A stretch of 64,000 nucleotides of DNA from Felis catus (Eukaryota), in assembly GCF_018350175.1 (NCBI RefSeq), contig NC_058382.1:60762001-60826000 (forward strand). Direction: 5' to 3'. Position numbers and translations under genes: made by a program. The notes below the pieces were generated by a model. That model was not told where the DNA came from. It did not search any database and saw only the letters and a list, made by a program, of their open reading frames with translations. Positions 22,503 to 35,300 of this stretch are shown in pieces. The stretch's first letter is position 1. Every line of letters starts with the position of its first letter.

Positions 22503-25500
22503 CTGGAGAAGGGGGACACGGTCAGGGGGGGCCGCGGGGCGTGCCTGGGGCCGAATCCCCAAAGTGGCCTGGCCGGCCGCAGACTGGGGTAAGCGCGCAC
22601 TGCAAACAACCCCACTGGGACGCGGCCACGTGTCACGGGGACCCGGCCACGGGGTCACGGGGACGCGGCCACGGTGTCATGGGGATGAGGCCACGACATC
22701 ACGGGGACCCGGCCATGGAGTCATGGGAACGTGGCCACGGCATCATGGAGACCTGGCCACGGGGTCATGGGGACCCGGCCACGGCATCATGGAGATGCGG
22801 CCATGGAGTCATGGGGACGTGGCCATGGCATCATGGAGACCTGGCCACGGGGTCACGGGGATGTGGCCATGGAGTCATGGGAACGTGGCCACGGCATCAT
22901 GGAGACCTGGCCATGGGGACCTGGCCACAGCGTCACGGGGATGCGGCCATGGAGTCATGGGGACGTGGCCACGGCGTCATGGAGACCTGGCCACGGGGTC
23001 ACGGGGACGTGGCCATGGCATCATGGAGACCTGGCCACGGGGTCACGGGGATGTGGCCATGGAGTCATGGGGATGTGGCCACGGCATCATGGAGACCTGG
23101 CCACGGGGTCACAGGGACGCGGCCATGGAGTCATGGGTACGTGGCCACAGCATCATGGAGACCTGGCCACGGGGTCATGGGGACACGGCCATGGCATCGT
23201 GGGGACCCGGCCACGGCGTCATGGGGATGCGGCCATGGAGTCATGGGGACGTGGCCATGGCATCATGGAGACCTGGCCACGGGGTCACGGGGATGTGGCC
23301 ATGGAGTCATGGGCACGTGGCCACGGCATCATGGAGACCTGGCCATGGGGACCCGGCCACGGCGTCACGGGGATGCGGCCATGGAGTAATGGGGACGTGG
23401 CCACGGCATCATGGAGACCTGGCCACGGGGTCACGGGGACGTGGCCATGGCATCATGGAGACCTGGCCACAGGGTCACGGGGATGCGGCCATGGAGTCAT
23501 GGGGACGTGGCCACGGCATCATGGAGACCTGGCCATGGGGACCCGGCCACGGCGTCATGGGGACGCGGCCATGGAGTCATGGGGACGTGGCCACAGCATC
23601 ATGGAGACCTGGCCACGGGGTCATGGGGACACGGCCATGGCATCGTGGGGACCCGACCACGGCGTCATGGGGATGCGGCCATGGAGTCATGGGGACGTGG
23701 CCATGGCATCATGGAGACCTGGCCACGGGGTCACGGGGATGAGGCCATGGAGTCATGGGGACGTGGCCACGGCATCATGGAGACCTGGCCACGGGGTCAC
23801 GGGGACGCGGCCATGGCATCCTGGGGACCCCGGCACGCATCATGGGATGACAAGAGAAAAGCCCGACCTCACCGCAGCTTGTGGGCGGCCCCCAGTGGAC
23901 ATGGCCACTTGGCTGGGCCCTCCTGGGGGGTGGGCTCCCACCACGGAGGCACACAGCTCCGCCCACTCCAGACAGGGTTATGCTGAGTTTGCGGGACCAT
24001 GGGGTCCTCGCGAGGGAAGGCAGCCACAGCACCCCCCGCTCCTCTATTCCAGGAAGCCCCCCTGGGCTCACCTGGGCTCTGACCACAGAACGCGGCAGCT
24101 CTGGCCAAAGACTGCCAGGCTCCAACGTGGGGTGCACGGCCAGGCCTGCCTCGTGCACACCCGCCCGGGCCACTGGGCCTCTGCTCCCTTTCTGTGGACG
24201 AGCGGTAACCTCAACCACCTGCCCAGGACAAAGGCCCAGTGTCTAGCTAGCCGCCGAAGCCTCTTGGCGCTCTCTGCTCGGCCACGTCGGCCTCCTTGTG
24301 GTCCTCACTCTGCCAGGCGTGCCCCCGGCCTCTGTCTTTGCTGCTCCCTCCTCGGGATGGCAATTTCCCCCCAGATCCCTGCCTGCCTGGCTCACCTCCT
24401 CCAGGACTCTGTTCCCACGTCACTGCTACGGCGTGGCGTCTTCCCTGGCACCTGCCCCCGGTAGGTGTGCCCGTTCTGACCTGCCTGCTTCTCTGGAGCT
24501 CGGGCTGTCTACTGGAGCGGCCGGAGCACACACGGGGGCCGACCCTCCAGGCTGGCCCAAGCACACACGTACCATGGTGTTTTCGAGACGTGTCCTGTCC
24601 CAAAGGACAGTTCTAGAACTCCCTCCTGGCCACGCTTTCCCCCCTTCCCTAACTTCCCTGACATCGAGTCCTTTTCGGACCAGGAGGAAAGGGCCTCCCT
24701 GCACCTGCCTGACCCCGGCCAGCCTCCGGATGCCGGGGCACCAGCATGACGAGGCCTCTCACGTCCCCGCTGCATGGGCTGTAGCTGAGGATGCCCTGTA
24801 AATGCCACGTGGGGTCTCCACGCCCCTCGCGGCTGCCGCTTTCACAGGCTACTGCGAGCGCGGGCTTCAGCGTCTGCTGGCCGAGGTTTGAGTCACAGGT
24901 TGAACGGCCTGTGACTTCCTAGGGCGCAGCCTAGAGCCAGCCACCTACCCTCTGGGGCCCTCAGCGTCCACATCTGCCCAGGGGACCCGCCTCACCGGCC
25001 GCCCAAGGTCACGAGGCTGGGAGGCGACGGAGTGGGGCTTCAGGGTCTGGAACCTGGAGGCTGGGTGGCCCTACCTCGCTGGAGTCCTCCTGCTGGTTGA
25101 TGACAGTCAGGGCGTCTTCCGAGGCCTGCCGCCGGGCCTCTGCCAGGGCCCTCTCCATCTTGGCGCGCTCTGTGCTGATGAGCTCGTGGGCCTTTCGCTC
25201 CGCGTCCGACACCGCCTTCTGCAGCTCCGACATCGCCTGCCGCTTCACCTCATTCACGGCCTCTTCTGCAAAGGAGGTGCGGGCCGTGGTCACGTGGCCC
25301 GGCCCAACTGCTCTCTGAGGCCTCGAGCTGTGGGCGGGGCCTGCGAGCGCAGGCGTGGTGGTCGTGGGGGCGTCTCCCAGGCCTGGATCTATCCTGTCCT
25401 TCCAAACCTCAGGGCGCGGTGGTACCGCCCTGGAGGGCAGGGGCCGAGCCCACCCGTGACCTGGATTCAACGGGCTTGGGGAAGGCCCGAGAACCGGTGT

Positions 25501-26335
25501 TCCTAACGGGTTCCAAGCCATGCCGATGCCGGGTCTCGGCACCCGCTTTGTGAGAACCACAGCTGTACCTCTGCCCCACCAACAGTCGGCTTCCCCGGTG
25601 GCCCGTCTAGAAGCAGTCTGGGGGGCACCCCGTCCAGGCCTCTGCATCGTTGTCACTCCCAAAGCCCTCTGTCACCACCCCCACTCGCCGCCCGCGGCCT
25701 GCTCACGTCCGCAGAGAAGCCTGCTGTTCAGAGCTGAGCCAGAGCACCTGTTTGGATTACACTGTGCTCCCCAACCCTGGGAACCACTCACAGCTGCTCA
25801 CGCCTGCCTCAGTTTACCTGGCAGTGCCTCTCACGCCTGCCTGCCTCTCACGCCTGCCTCAGTTTACCGGCAGTGCCCTTCTTGCAGCAGTGTGGGGAGG
25901 GTGGGGTGGGATTAGCGGGGCTCCCCTGTGCATACTCGTTGTGGTGAGCTGCCGGCCCCCCGGGTCACCAGACGGAGGCAGAGGGGACAGGCCGAGGGAA
26001 GTGAGGACCCCACCCTCCCGTCCAGGCCTGTGCCCTGCCTTGCCTTGCTCCGGGCAGCTGCTGCCTGTCTGTGGCCCTTCAGCCTCCAGTTCTGGGTGGG
26101 GACGCTCCACTTGCCTTGTGTTCCAGACCCTGAGACTTTCTCCCTCGTCCTGATAGTTCACGGTGAATCCATCCACTAATCAAAACGTATGGGGGGGGGG
26201 GCGTGCGCTCCTCTCCACTGCCACCACCTCCGCTGAGCTCCCCCCTTCTTTCTCAAGCTGGCCACTGGCTCCCAAAGTCTGTCCCCACGAGGCGATGTGC
26301 TCAGCGCCATGGCCACAGGCACTCCCTCGGCACCT

Positions 26336-26370
<35 letters not shown>

Positions 26371-29300
26371 ACATGTGTGCGTGCAGAACCCAGGGACCCG
26401 TGCTATTCTGCCACGCGGCTTGCTCGCTCGCCTGCAGATGGAGGGTGGACAGGTGTCCTACCCGGAACACTAAATGCACTCCATCCCCTCCCGCAGGGTC
26501 GGACCCCACTCCCCAGGCCGACCCTACTCACCAGCCTTCCTCCAGATCTCCTCGGGCATGTAGCCAGAGAGGGTCCTGGGCATGAACTCCCGGTGGGCGT
26601 CTGAAACACAGGGGGTGCCAGCATCACGCACAGAATGGGGCCATACCCAGCTGGGTAAGGGGGGCCTGGTGTGTGTGCTTGGGGGGGTGGTCCCCGAGGT
26701 GCCCGTGGCCGGAAACCCTGTATCAGTTGCCGGTGTGGGGCAGGGCTATGCCGGGATGGAGGTGCTCTGAGCTGAAGCAGCTTGGGTCCAGGTGGACCTG
26801 GGCCTTCTTGGATCTGTCTTGGTTTCCGTGGTCGTCATCGACAGAGCGACTGGAGACCCTTGGGGGCCCCTGGCTGCTGGCACCCTGAGTCTAGGCTTCC
26901 CGCGAGTCAGGCAGCATCTTTACGCAGAGCACAAAAAGCACGTCCTTTTGCAGGGAAACTCCTGGGCTGTACTCTACTGCAGAGAGTGCCAGAATGGGGG
27001 CGCTGGCCTCGGTCTTCGGCGCCCCCGCGGTGCACCCCCCGGTCCCCCTGACACCCGCTCAGCACGCACCTAGCTGAGACCCCTCTGCACCCATGGAACT
27101 GTTGAGGGGCCGGGCGGTGGCAGGCACGGGGCCCTTCTTGGCGTCCTCGGTGTCGCTGTAGCGCCGGATCCAGTGGTTGATCTCCTCGCGGTCGGCCTCT
27201 TGGCACTGACGCAGCACGGTGAGCGACCGTCGAGTCTTCTCAGCCATGTCCATGATGCAGTTCAGCAGCTGCGGGCGGGCGGTGGCCGTGAGCACGCAGG
27301 CTGGGTGTGGCCGCTCAGGGTGGGCGACGGCCAGGGACCTTTCGCACCCCGGGCCTGGGCCAGCCCACTGTCCGCGAGGGCTGGCCACAGCGAGCTCCCG
27401 GCAACAGTGCGAAAGTCTGCCTCCACTGCCTGGAAAGGCACCAAGCACGGGAGGTGGGAGGGAAGACCAGGCTCTCGGGGAGGTCTGTTCCAACACAGGG
27501 GCTGGGGGCTCTCCTTTCAACCGTCGGGGCTGTGCTCTGCCCTGGGGACCACACCTGCCTGGGCTCCCTCCCCACGAAGGCAGCAGGGGAGAGATGACCC
27601 CGAAAACGATGTTGAAGGGGTCCCAACGCCAGGCCAAAGCCCCTCTCTCCCAGAGACAGAGCTGCTCTGCAGGGGCAGAGAAGGGATGGTTCTGAGGGGC
27701 TGCCCAGAGCGGAGGGCGGGCTGAGGCAGGCAGGCGCAGGCCAAAGCCAAGCCGGCACTGAGCCTGCCGCCCCCCACCCCCTGCAGCACCGGAGTCCCGC
27801 GGGCTGGGCGGAACCCCAGGAGTAGGGGTGGTACCGTGGCCTCGGGCCTGGACACTCACGTTGTTCAGGTGCTTCCACTCCTCTGCCCACTCCCGCTCCG
27901 TGAGGCGGTGGTCGATCACTTCCTCCTGCCGGGACCCGTGTACCGCTGTAGGGTGATGTGGACACTCAGGCCCTGCTCCTTGTCCCAGGCGCCAGGCCTT
28001 CTCTCCATCCCCCAGGCTCCTCCCTGTGCCCCAAGCCCCGCCCAAGTCCTCCAGGCTCCGCCCCATGCCCCACACCCCAGGCCTTCTCTATCCCTCAGGC
28101 TCCGCCCTGTGCCCCAGGCCCCGCCCATGTCCTCCAGGCTCCACCCTGTGCCCTAGCTTGCTTGTACCCTCCCCCCCCCCCCCCGGCTCCGCCCCATGCC
28201 CCTCCCCTGTCCTCCAGGCCCCAACCTGTGCCCACCAGGTACAGGTCCTTGCTCCCCAGGCCACGCCACTCATCCCAGGCACTGCCCTGGGCCCGCTAGG
28301 TCATGCGTCGTGCTCCCCAGGCCCAGTGCATGGGCTTTGCCCACCTCAGGAAAGTGGAGAGGGGGAGGAAGGGGGCCCTGGGCACTGACCCTCTGTCCAC
28401 TGCCTTTAGGGGGAGGTCAAGAAGAGGTCTGGCCTCTAGTCAATGCTTGGGAGGAAGAGACGGGTTCCTGTCCCTCAGTCTAGGCCTGGCCACCCCTCCC
28501 CCACCTCCCTGCATCCAAATCCAGCATCTTTCGATTTTCCTGCCCCTGCTGCCCATGGTAGCTGCCCCAGGCTTCACTTCGATGGCCTTGCCACTTCTCA
28601 GAAGCCCCCAGGGGCTCACTAGTGGCTCACAGCTCATGCTGTACCCGTTCCTCTCAGCCAGCTGGACTTCTATACATCCCTCGAAGCCCAGGTCCCAGGC
28701 CCTCTCCTCAGCAGCCCTGAGCCCTTCAGAATTCATTCAGCCCCACGCATATCCGCTTGTCAAACAATCCTGGCGGCTTCCTTGTTTATTCTTAGTCCCC
28801 CCAGCTGGCTGTGTCAGTCCCCAGGGCAGGGCTGCTGTGTCTCCCGGGCCGAGCTCCAGCTGGGCAAGAGGCTTGCTCTGGTTCAGTGGCTGGGTCCAAG
28901 TGTGGTCCCTTGGGAGGCAGTGGGGTCTGGGAAACGAGAAGCCCCAACACTCGTTCCCCATGGGACCCCGGGCCCCTCCCCTCACCACTCTGTGCCTCAG
29001 TTTCCCTGCCCTGCCTGCCTCCTGGGGCCGTGAGAAGGCTTTCAGGAAGTGCCCAGGAGGGGAGGGCCCCAGGTACCCAGCAGGGCTCTGTGCCAAGCGC
29101 TTCGACCCCTTGTCGGCCTCCAGGGGGAGTTCTGTGGTCATTCCCATCCTACAGATGAGAACACCGAGGCTGCTCAGGGGATGTGTTTGCTCAAGGTCAC
29201 CCAAGGTCAGCCCAAGCCATAACAGTGCCCTCAGCTGCTGGCTGGTACAGCTCCAGAGACTGAAACGGTGGGGTGCCCTCCCCACCAAGCCCGGTGATGA

Positions 29301-32300
29301 CAAAGAAAACAACTCGGAACTGAGAAGTTCACGCCAAGGCAACAGCGTCTGATGGTCCTCACGTGATTTTTTTGACACATCAAATGCTCTCAGCCCCACG
29401 CTGGTGGTGCCTCAAGCCCATGCTGGGTGGCCTGGGGCTGACCAGGGCTTCCTGGGCCGAGGTCTCTCTATTTAAGCCTTTTCCAGGCCCTGGCGGTCTC
29501 CTAGCCCCCCAGACGTGCCGGGCCACCTCGCGCTGCAGGAGGAGTGAGAGGCAGCGGCCACGGCCACCGTCCGCCACCCTGCCCCGCCACCCGCGGACCC
29601 CGGGGCCTGCGCCAACGCCCCAACCAAAATAGTGGCTGAGATCTGCCTGACAGCTGGCGTTTATTTTTGCATTAGCAGAAGCGGGTGGGAATTAGCACCT
29701 GCCCGACCCGGCCGCAGGGAGCCAGACGCTGTCACCTGCTGCCTGGGCCCAGGCCCTGGACGCTTCCGCGGGGTGGGGGCCGGGAGACGGCCTTGTACAG
29801 GGCAAGGCCTCTGCTGACCCTGCCTCTGGGCCCCCACGGGTGCCCTGGGGCTCTCAGGAGCGGCTGTTTCCAGCCTCCTACCCGCCCCCCACCCCCCGCC
29901 CCCACCGGGAGCCCCTTGGCTGTGGGGCGGTCCCATTCATCTGAGTCCCCAGCACAGAGGAGGGTCAGAAGATCAGACAGGCGTGGCTAGAAGGCTCTGG
30001 GCACGTGAGTTATGCTCTCTGGGCCTCCTCATCTGTGCTCCGGGCCTGTGGACGCGTCACACACACAAGCAGCAGGGTGTGCTGCCTCCTGTAACGGATG
30101 AAGAATACGACGCAGGCACAGGTCGCAGGACTGGCCTCACTCCCAGGCCTCGCCGTGCCAGGCCCTGTGGCGAGTCCCTCCGACCCTGCGGTGCGGACTC
30201 CCACTGGATCAGCTGACGCAGGAAGGGACCGAGGCAGAGAGGACACAGGACCCAGCGGGGACGCACCGCGGGGACCCGGTGGAGGTCCGATCCCTCCGTC
30301 CCCTGACAGCCCGGCTCCCACATCTCCCTCTCCAGGCACAGCTCACCCACCGTGACGGGGCACTCACACTTGGTGTCGTCGGGCTCGTCGTCACCCTGCT
30401 CGGACGGCAGGGTGGGGTGTGTGCGGTCGGTGGTGCTCAACGAGGGCTCATGAGTCTTTGTGCTTTCCCCGGGGTGCCCCGGAGGCCGGAGCCACGGTGC
30501 CCGTGACTTGGGAGACTCCCCACGTGCCCACCCTACCTCACAGTGGTCTATTCCCAGCTGGCCGCGCCGGGCCCTGCTGCACCCCGAGAGCCCGCGTGCC
30601 CCCTGGCTCTGTACCTGCGCCTCATCTGGGCGACAGAGGCCCCCACCCCCCGCCACGGCCCTGAGGGTGGGGGACGTCAGACCCCATGACAGAGGTCAGG
30701 GAAGGATGGCCCTCCCTAAGGGTCACAGCCCAGCCAGGGTGGGGTTTCCCTCTGGGCCCCAGGGCCCCCACCCCATCAAATCTTTTCTCCACACCCGTTT
30801 CCTCAGCATCCTTCCTGGACAGACAAGGTCAGGATGTCAGCGAGCCTCCCCCACGCTGCCGCGCACATCACAGCCCTCTGCTCCCCCAGCCACACGCAGG
30901 CGCGAGTGTGCAAGCACACACGTGTGCCCCCCAGCACTGCTCACCAAGCTGCCGATGGCGCTCCCGCAGCTCCCGGGGCTCGTGATGGCGGTAGGGGTCA
31001 CGGAAGTGGTGGGCCATGGCCATGTCCTCCAGGCGGTAGTGCGGCGGCGGCGGCGTGGGCTGGGGCGGCCCGTGGCTGGGGCTGTAGCGCTGGGCGGGGC
31101 TCAGGGTGCACGGCCGTTTGCTGACGTGGTCGGGGTGCAGCGGGTCACGGTCTGACCCATTCTCTTTGGTCCTGACCGGAAGAGCGGGCGGGGGCGGGGG
31201 GTCACGGACCACGAGCCGTGGACAACAGCCCAGGCCGGAGGGGTGAGAGGGAGACAGGCGTGGGCACAGAGAGAGCCTTGCCCAGCCCCCGTCCCTGCTG
31301 TCCCTCCTCTGGGTCTTGTTTCAAACTCCACTCCCCCGCCCCCCCCCACCCCGCCTCCGCTGGCGGGTGGCCTCCTGGGGCCAGGGGTCAAGAACCCGCG
31401 CCCGTGTTGGGGAGCAAGGACGTGGACAGGCACGCTCCGGCAGGTCTGTGACTGGCACCGAGGGCCAGTCCTGGGGACACTCGGCTCCACATCCGGCCCG
31501 AAAGGGGGAGCCGGGCAATTTGTGCCACACGAACTGCCTCCCGCCCCCTCCCCGGTCCTCCCAGGGGGCCATCTGAGCCCTCGGGACGCCTCGCCCCAGC
31601 CCCGTGCGGTGGCCCGGCAGGTGAGGCTCGGCGGTCTCAGCCACTAGCCACGGGCCACGGAACGCAGCAGTGTCGGCCCATGTTCGGTCGGCCCTGCTGC
31701 CGGGTGCCCGCTGAGCTGGGGGACCAGAGGCAGCTCTGGAGAGGCAGCCCCCCCGACCCCGACCTCCCTCCCGGCCACAGGATGCCCCGCCCTCCCCCGC
31801 CGCGTGTACCGGTCAGGCGTCCTTCTCTTGCCGTTCTCGTTGACCTCCAGAAGGAGCTCCGAGGAGTCGATGGGGGAGGAGGCGTTGGCGTCCAGCAGGA
31901 GCTGCTCATGCTGGGCCAGGTACTGGGCGGGGGTCTGCTTGGCCAGGCGGGCACAGTGCAGGAGCTCCCTCTGCAGCAGGGGAAGGTTAGCCTGCGGGGG
32001 GAGAGGCGGCCGCACTCGCTGCTGACCGAGGCCAAGGCGGCAGTGTGCTCCCGTGCGAGGCGGGGAGGCCGACGGCCAGCCGCGCCTGGTGCCCTCGGGC
32101 GAGTTGCAAGACCTCTCTGAGCCTTGTGTTCCTCCACTGCTGTCTGGGAACGTGGGTGGGACTGCGCCCCAAAGCACACAGTGATCTGAGGTGCGGTGGC
32201 ACCCCAAGCCCAGACCCTGGACCCCCGGGCTGGGTTTTCTCCCCTTCCCCAAGCTTCCTCCCCCAGCGGCATCTGCAGAGGGCAAGGAGGGGCTCCTAAC

Positions 32301-35300
32301 CAGGATTCCTTGCCTTCTCCCGTGGAAGCAGGCACCCGATTACCCACGGCGTGGAGGGAAAGCCGAGGCTGAGACGAAGAGGGCAGCCCCCACAGCTCAC
32401 TCTAAAGGCAGGGGCCCCTGCTCTCCCCGCTCCTGTGGGCTCCCGGCCCCGCCTCGAGCAGTGTGGAGCCCAGACCATGCACACGAGCAGTCACAGGTGT
32501 CACCTCGCACGGTCCTGCCAACCACGGGTGGACAGACACGACAACGCGGTGCCACGTTTACGGGGAAGGACAATACGGCACAGGAGAACGACAGGCCAGG
32601 GTGGGGCCCCCCGCCCCCGCCCCCCCCACGCGTGTGCTGGGCGCAGGCGGCCCCTTCCCCACAGGGCTGTGGGGGGCGGGGGCGGCGGGTGGGGCTGGAC
32701 AGGGGCCCAGCGGCAGGCTGCTTGGGAGAGCCAGAAGTTCCAAGTATTTGTAAATAGATCCAACTCCCCGACTTTCTCCTGCGTTTCCGACCCGCCACGG
32801 CTTCTCCCGCCTCTGCCTCCCCGGCCCCGTCAGCGCATCGGCCCGGACCCGATCAAGCAGCCGGCTGCTGGGCCTGTTTTTCTATTTGGATAGCTGAACG
32901 GGGGCCAGCCCGCCATCTGTCGAACACGTTAGGAGCGTGAGCTGGGAAAGGAGGTCCCGGGAGGTCTGAAGACGCCAAACATCCTCCCCTCCCTTGCCAG
33001 CAACCCCCCCCCCCCCCGCCACCCGACCGGCCTCCCCTTGGCTGGCTCAGCAGGGTGGGGACCGCACGGGCACCGGCTGCTCGCTGTGAGGGCAGTGGAA
33101 ACATCTGGACTCCTGGCTGGCCGGGGCCAGCTGGGAGCCTGGGGTTGCGGGCGGAGGGCCGGCAGGGCGGGGCAGCAACCCCCACCTCTGCAGAGCCCCG
33201 CCGTGTAGCCACGCACGGTGTCGGGCTGAGCAGAGGGTTCCGGGGTCTTGGGTCCTTGGTGGGGGTGGGGTGGGGGGAGGGGAACCCCAGGCCAGAAGCA
33301 ACCGGTACAGGCTGTGGAGCCCCTGGTCTCAGAGACGCTGGGGGAGGAGTCCCCATTCCGTTCCCAGGGCCCGGGGTGCAAGGGGAGGCCTCTACGCCAA
33401 GACCCGGGCAGACCTGGTCACAGAAGCCCTGTGGACACGGACCCTGAACTACCTTGTCCACAGACGGGAACCCAGGCCAAAGGAAAATCGGTGTGGCCGG
33501 GGGTCCGCTGAGCCGATGACTCCCCGGTAACGAAGGGTTAGGGTTCGTCCCCTGCTTTGCCAAGCCCGTCATCTGATGTCCACACAGCCCGCGCGCTGTG
33601 GGCCCGGCGGCCAGCCCACACGGGCTCTGTTGGGTGACTCTGGGCGGGTCACTTAACTTCCTGCCCGTGCAGGCTCCCGCTCCTCCTGCCCCGGGGGTGA
33701 CGGCTCCTGTGAGCTTCATATGAATTGACTCGCGCATTCCTGCCCCCGTGAGGGGTCACCGCGCTGCTGGCAACGTGGGAGAGGCTGAGCACCCAAACCC
33801 AGAGCGGGTCACACCGCCGGCCTCTCCTGCGGGCCGCGGTTCCGAGGGCCCCTGTAAGGTGGGCCGTGAATCCCCGCGAAGGTGCCAGCCCCCCGCCGGC
33901 CCAGGCCACAGACAGGAGACCAAGCTGGCGCAGCGGCGGGGCAGGGGGCATCCCGCCACGCTCCCCAGCAGCGTTGTGATCTCACGTGGCCGGGGCTCCT
34001 GGGATGAGCGGGGTGGGGGCTGCTCCCCAGGCAGGGCCTCAGGGCCAGGCTCCGGCTGACACCTGGTCACGGAGCCCTGCACACAGAGCTGGCTGCACCC
34101 AGATGCTCCATGTTAGGCGGACGGACTGTGCGTCCTTGTCCAACAGTCTGTTGGCCCAGCGCCCCCGGGTGGGGTCACAGGCACGGAGCGTGGCTGGCAG
34201 CCCCCACGGCCCAGCTGGCCCCGATGACCGCGAGAGCAATCTAGGCACGAAGGCCCCAGGAGCCCGCTGGGACCACCGTGGGCAGAGGGGAGACCCTGCG
34301 TGCAGGGCGAGGCCTGGGCGTGTCCCCAGGACGCCGGGGGAGGGAGGTGCAGCGGGCAGGGTTTTGCGGCCCCACTGGGGCGGGAGCAGGGGACACCGGA
34401 TGTTTCCCTGCCCCGCTCCTCCAATAAACAAGGACAGCTGAGCGGGCAGGGACATCTGCTGTAAATATTTGATCTGACGGGAGAAGCAGGCGCACTGTGT
34501 CCCCAAAGATGGGGAGCCTGGAGTCAGCAGTAAGTGGGAGGAGGCAGGGAGGCGGGGGCAGGGCTCCCGGCGAATTGCGAATTGCGAATGACTGCCAGAT
34601 GGGCCCAACGGGGCTCTGCTGCTGTCCCAGCTCAGGGTGTGAGCACAGCAGGGTGTGGGCGGGAGGGCAGGAAGGAGGGAGGAGGTGACGGATGTGGGGC
34701 CAGACCAAGGGTCCCCTTGACCAGGGACTGCGGGCAATGAGGTGCCAGCCCAGGGCAGGCCCTGCAAAGGCCAGGGCTTTGGAGCCTGACGGATCCAGAT
34801 TCCGGCCCGTCGCCCCTCTCTTCCGACGGGAAGCCGTTCACCGGGACGGCGGCAGTTCCCCAGGAGCCGCCCACCTCACGGGGCGGCCGTGGGGTCCGCA
34901 GGGCCGGCCGTGGAACAGCTTTGCAAAGCACGCCCCGTCTGCAGAGCGTTTGAAATCCCCCGATAGGACGCCTGACGCGGAGCGAGCACGTGCCACGCTC
35001 TTCACGCGCGTCGCTTCGTGCACCCTTCCCAGTGGCCCGGGGATGATCTCCAGCAGAAGCCGAGTCGGTGCGGGGGCGGGCCCCCTAAGCTTGGCCCAGG
35101 CCCACAGCGGCTTAGGTCAGGGCTCAAATCCAGGAGCACCTGGTCTAGTCTGTCCTCGACACCCTCTGGAAGGCAGCCCCAAACCAGGGCCCGGCCACAC
35201 AGCTGAGCAGGGCCCACGGCTGTAGGGGCCACGGCAGGCCTGGGGAAACGGCACCTCCCGAAGTGAGCTCTGTGGCACCCTGATCACCGGAGGTGCATGG

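Noticed and set aside
22453..24464. Long ORFs (429, 282, 577 aa) on plus
   Set aside because: Produced by a stop-poor 22-bp minisatellite; the same peptide appears in all frames; antisense and intronic to CBFA2T3.
28303..29352. 349-aa ORF
   Set aside because: Intronic, antisense, no recognisable domain, and overlaps MIR and L2-like fragments.
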